A DNA stretch of 64,000 nucleotides from Eledone cirrhosa (Eukaryota): positions 27,280,001 through 27,344,000 of the forward strand of contig OZ024761.1 of assembly GCA_964016885.1 (NCBI GenBank), read 5' to 3'. The translations under genes were made by a program, and so were the position numbers. This document shows positions 58,812 through 64,000 of the stretch, one piece after another (position 1 is the first letter of the stretch; each line of letters opens with the position of its first letter). The notes under the pieces were generated by a model, which was not told where the DNA came from, searched no databases, and worked only from the letters and a program-made list of their open reading frames with translations.

Positions 58812-60095
58812 ATAAATTTGAAGACTAAAATCCAAAGAGGGTTCGATAAGGATAAATATATATCAAATATATAAGAACCGTAGAGCAAATATTTATTAAA
58901 ATAACAGATTAAAGTTTAAGCAAAGAATCGCTGCTTTCACCCTTAACGGGATCTTCTGAAACTAACAAAGTCAATCTGTGATACGCCACTGACCACATCT
59001 TAAACAAAAATTCTGAGGCAATTTCGGCTTTAAACATAAATTGCACAAAACTTTCCTGTATTACAGCACCACATTATACCCTAACGGATAGTACGATCTA
59101 TACGCGGATATTTTATGTCTTGATGTGGTAGCTAAGTATATGTTATGTTTATACCATTACTTATTTGCATAGGTAAGTATATATTACCTGTACGTTTTGT
59201 GGAGGTACGTATACTTTCTCGTACGTATATTTGATTGTATATGTTATGGCGTATATTTTATATATTCTGGTACATATGGTTTGGTTATGTGTATACGTGA
59301 GTTTTGCGTCTGTGTGAGTATGCGGTTTCGTACGTATGTATGGTGTGTGTATATGTGTACTTCGTGTTTTGGTTGACGTACGTCTCCGAACATATGTGTA
59401 TTTACATGTAGGTATGTATGTGCGCTTGTTATATACGTATTTATTTATTTATATACGTTTATTTAATTATTTGTATACACGTACACACACACACACATAT
59501 TTATATGTGTGTGTATTTGTATACCTATGGCGAGTGTTTTCGCGTATGCTTGTGTATGTACGTATATGGATGCGTGTATGTATTTATTTAATTTCAATTA
59601 CCTCTGTATTTTATTTACTTTACTCTTAACTCTGAAGCCGAGAATCATTCGGTTTCCTAGTTAGAATTTTAGTCTACGACTTCAGTTATACCATTTACGT
59701 GGTTTTGTCTTTGCTTGCAATTGTTCTCGCCGCCCCACATATGACGTATTTTCTTCGTTTTTTCCGTTCAATGCCAGAGAACGTCTCGATGAACCACCTC
59801 ATAGAATATTAGTCTACGACTTCATTTATACCATAAACGTGGTTTTATCTTTGCGTGTAATTGTTTTTCACCGCTCCAAATAATGACGTATTATATTCGT
59901 TTTTTCCCGTTCTTTGCCAGGGAACGTTTCCACGAACCAAAGTATCGTCCTGTCTTCCTCCGGTTGCAACGTTTTTTGAAATATTCACTTCTGCGTTCAC
60001 AGATTGACTTTGTTAGTTTCAGAAGATCTCGTTAAGGGTGAAAGCAGCGATTCTCTGCTTAAACTTTAATCTGTTATTTTGTAACTTTAATCTGT
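57970..60095. mobile_element. Nest of family B Penelope-like copies (U4A hammerheads at 58421-58497 -, 58903-58979 -, 59999-60073 +; partial 57983-58036)
   Basis: Repeated AATAACAGATTAAAGTTTAAGCAAAGAATCGCTGCTTTCACCCTTAACGGGATCTTCTGAAAC. 58420-58745 is inverted at ~59750-60080; internal 140-bp duplication at 59669/59809. Confidence 0.8.
58150..58418 (-). mobile_element. Near full-length tRNA-derived SINE
   Basis: Minus: CTAGTGGTAGGGGTGCTGG A-box, GGTTCGATTCC B-box, GTTCTTGAGCAAAACACTTC core, GACTGGCGTCCTGTCCAGGGGGG. Confidence 0.85.
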
Positions 60096-60101
60096 AAATA
60101 A

Positions 60102-60144
<43 letters not shown>

Positions 60145-60440
60145 TTAGTTAAGCAAAACAAGACCACAAATTTCACAAGGAAGACATTATTAAAAGATTG
60201 TCAACATATTTTAGTTTGATGTAAGGAATGTAGAGAATAATAATAATAATATTAATAATAATAATGTCCGTTTACAATTGTTTCGCTACTCCATGAACCC
60301 AGCCACCTAGCTGCTTTCTACTGCATATTGCACATTGAGCACATGCCTTTACGCTTTGGCTTCTAACTAATTCACCAATCTCTCCTCTCCTATCTCCTCT
60401 CCTATCTCCACCCCTCTCTTTAAGATTGGTTACTCTTGAA

Positions 60441-60513
<73 letters not shown>

Positions 60514-60598
60514 TCCTACATTGAGCTAAAACCACACTGTCATACCAAGGGCAGCAATATATCTACATGTATAGGCATATTGATATATTTGTCAACGA

Positions 60599-61121
<523 letters not shown>

Positions 61122-61290
61122 ACAGACACACACACACACACACAGACACACACACACACACAGACAGACACACACACACATATATGCATATTCATAAGGC
61201 AAACTTAAATCAAGTAAACGATATAGTACAATGAAGATATATATTAGTTTTACGTTTGATGTAGAAGGGAAAGTGTCTTAACGTTTCGGA

Positions 61291-61386
<96 letters not shown>

Positions 61387-61583
61387 GATATTAATAAATG
61401 GAAACTATATTTATAAAACCATATTTATTTCATTATACATATTTCAGGGATACCAAATTAAACTATGGTATGCCTTCATCAGACAAAATACAATATATAT
61501 CTACTCCAAATACTTGTCGACTGCTTTATGTCAGTTATAAAAATATTTACTTGTTGTATCCCAACAATTTTAAATAGAACTTT

Positions 61584-61660
<77 letters not shown>

Positions 61661-61662
<2 letters not shown>

Positions 61663-61835
61663 AGGGCGGGTAAGATTCCCGAGATCCATGGACGAGTTCT
61701 CTCCAGCGGTCTCTGTCCCTCATCGTCGCTGCCATGTCCTGCGTCTCCAAGACACCAGTATCTGTCCTTAGGGCATCAACATATGTCAACCTCGGTCTTC
61801 CTCTTCTAGCGTGTCCATGCAGGGGCTCCCCCACC
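61661..61835 (-). pseudogene. C-terminal fragment of an RTE-like LINE ORF2
   Basis: GEPLHGHARRGRPRLTYVDALRTDTG..M.DRD.WR is typical of RTE-group C-termini. Confidence 0.7.
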
Positions 61836-62084
61836 ACACACATAAATATGGCGTGTGGGACAAAATTTGAATTAACTGAGTCTATCTTCACAATTTCCGG
61901 AAACCAGAAACTCCTGTTAGATGTGTTTAGGTGCCAGAAAGCAAAGCAAGCGAGGGACATAACTCTTATAGCCTTGGCCAAAACAAGTCTTTTGGAACAA
62001 TTTTGGACAGAGTAGTCGTAGAGGACCAAATCAATAAAGCCAGCTTGATAAAAATCAACGGACATGTTTTATAACAACAGTATT

Positions 62085-62164
<80 letters not shown>

Positions 62165-62202
62165 TCAGATATATACATATATATATATATTTATATACAT
62201 AC

Positions 62203-62237
<35 letters not shown>

Positions 62238-62334
62238 CATACATATATATATTTATATACAAACATACATATATATATATTTATACACACACACACACAC
62301 ACAGACATATATATACAGTATATACACTATATAT

Positions 62335-62397
<63 letters not shown>

Positions 62398-62476
62398 CAT
62401 ATACATATATATCAAGCGCCTGTTACAAATAATAAACAGATTGCGGCATCCATCGTTTACGAACAGAACAGATACA

Positions 62477-62556
<80 letters not shown>

Positions 62557-62956
62557 GAGACTGTGTGACATCAAGTTCAAGTTAAAATTAATATCGAATC
62601 TATAACACCACACTTCTTTTGAAAATAGCGCTGAGACATTTTATAACATTCAGCACCTACTACATATCACCGGCCGATTATAACAGCCGGACAGCCATAT
62701 TGGATTAAAGATAAGAAGGTGAGTATTTGAAATATCCAGCTCATGTTGAAGATAACATAAAATATATTCATAACATCATCATCATCATCATCATCACCAC
62801 AACTAGTTCTTGTTAATAATAACATGGAGATTACTCATAACACCAAACTCTCGTTATCAATGACATCATAGCTACTATATTTCTAAATGCCAATGCTGTG
62901 GTATTACAGTAATAGCTTCGGCTGTAATGTGTGTGTGTGTGTGTGAGAGGGAGAGG

Positions 62957-62990
<34 letters not shown>

Positions 62991-63159
62991 GGGAGAGAGA
63001 AAGAGGGAGAGGGAGAGAGAGGGAGGGAGGGAGGGAGGATCATCGTCGTCATCGTTATCATCATCATCACTGTATGATTGGTGGTGGGTTGGCCGTGAGA
63101 GAGGGAGAGAGAGAGATCATCGCCGTCGTCATCATCATCATCATCACTGTATTGGTGGT

Positions 63160-63800
63160 GGGTTGGCAGTCTCGGTAGAACGTCGGACAACATGTTTCGC
63201 GGCATAGAGTTACGTCCGTTTACGTTCTGAGTTCAAATCCTGCCGAGGTTAGCATTCATTGACTTTCATCCTTACAGGGTCGATAAAACAAAGTACCAGT
63301 AATGCACTGGGTTAATTAATTGCTGGTTTTGTGTATCAAAAAGTAGACACATTTATATTGTAAGCGTTTGGATATGCCACAGACACGTGTAACCTTTAAT
63401 ATAGTTCCCAGTGTGGGATGTTATTTCATGTGGACATATCACATGTGGTGATGTGTCCACATGTGGACATCCTGTGACACGCACTGAGGTTATATAACAT
63501 ATAGCGATGTTATTTCATGTAGTTATGTAATCGTATGTAGTGAGGTTATAACATGTGGCGATGGTAAAGCATGTAGTGATAAAATAAAGTACCAGTAATG
63601 CACTGGAGTCAATTTAATTTACTTTGCTCTCCCCCAGAATTGTTGGCATTGTGCCTAAATCAGAAACCATTATTATTATTATTGTTGTTGTGGTTATTGA
63701 ATCAGGCGAGTGTCAGACAGAATTTTGTGCAGCATCTAGATACGACTCTACGTTCTGAGTTCGATACTCGCCGTGCTTAAGCTTGCGTTTCATCTTTGAT
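63160..63800 (+). mobile_element. Nin-like SINE copies (63160-63350, 63580-63670, 63700-63800)
   Basis: TGGCAGTCTCGGT head, GAGTTCAAATCC, CTTTCATCCTTACAGGGTCGATAAAA..GTACCAG. Confidence 0.8.
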
Positions 63801-64000
63801 CATTCTCCCCCACTCATCATTCTCGGCATGACATAGCGTCATAACTAGTATTGCAAAAAAAAAATTGTCCTCTCCCTCACCTAATGGAGAACATTTCTGG
63901 GACCACCATAAATTCTTCAGCAAAGGGACATAATTCACAGAAGCCCATGGCATGAATTAAGATAAACTATGTAAGTGTCAACGTACTGAATGGCGTAAAC

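Noticed and set aside
62654-62718. Plus-strand 65-nt exon candidate ending AAG|GTGAGT
   Set aside because: Good donor but weak acceptor, no partner exons and an unrecognised peptide.

Overview
Repeat-dominated, AT-rich eukaryotic DNA. The microsatellite load and SINE types point to a coleoid cephalopod, probably Octopus (inference). Almost all ORFs in the supplied track are translations of microsatellites. Recognisable coding sequence is transposon-derived: a DD37D (maT-type) Tc1/mariner relic (~1.35-2.49 kb, -); a 5'-truncated L1/Tx1-type LINE in (TATC)n broken by one 10-bp duplication (5.36-8.79 kb, +); a fragmented RTE LINE (24.3-28.2 kb); an R4/Dong-type LINE with restriction-like endonuclease in (TAA)n (33.4-36.5 kb); a Penelope GIY-YIG 3' fragment (45.7-46.9 kb, -). 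There is also a non-autonomous Helitron (54.7-55.3 kb, -), many tRNA-derived SINEs and several minisatellites. The most striking signal is about 25 type I hammerhead ribozyme (HHR) motifs, complete or partial, from about 12 sequence families. They sit in short, often fold-back, Penelope-like inserts within (TA)n tracts. They include compensatory stem changes, two independent U3-A8 core variants, a family-wide U4A core variant, and fold-back junctions at the predicted self-cleavage site. A chain of phase-compatible minus-strand micro-exons may be a host gene (low confidence). All folds and alignments were done by eye.
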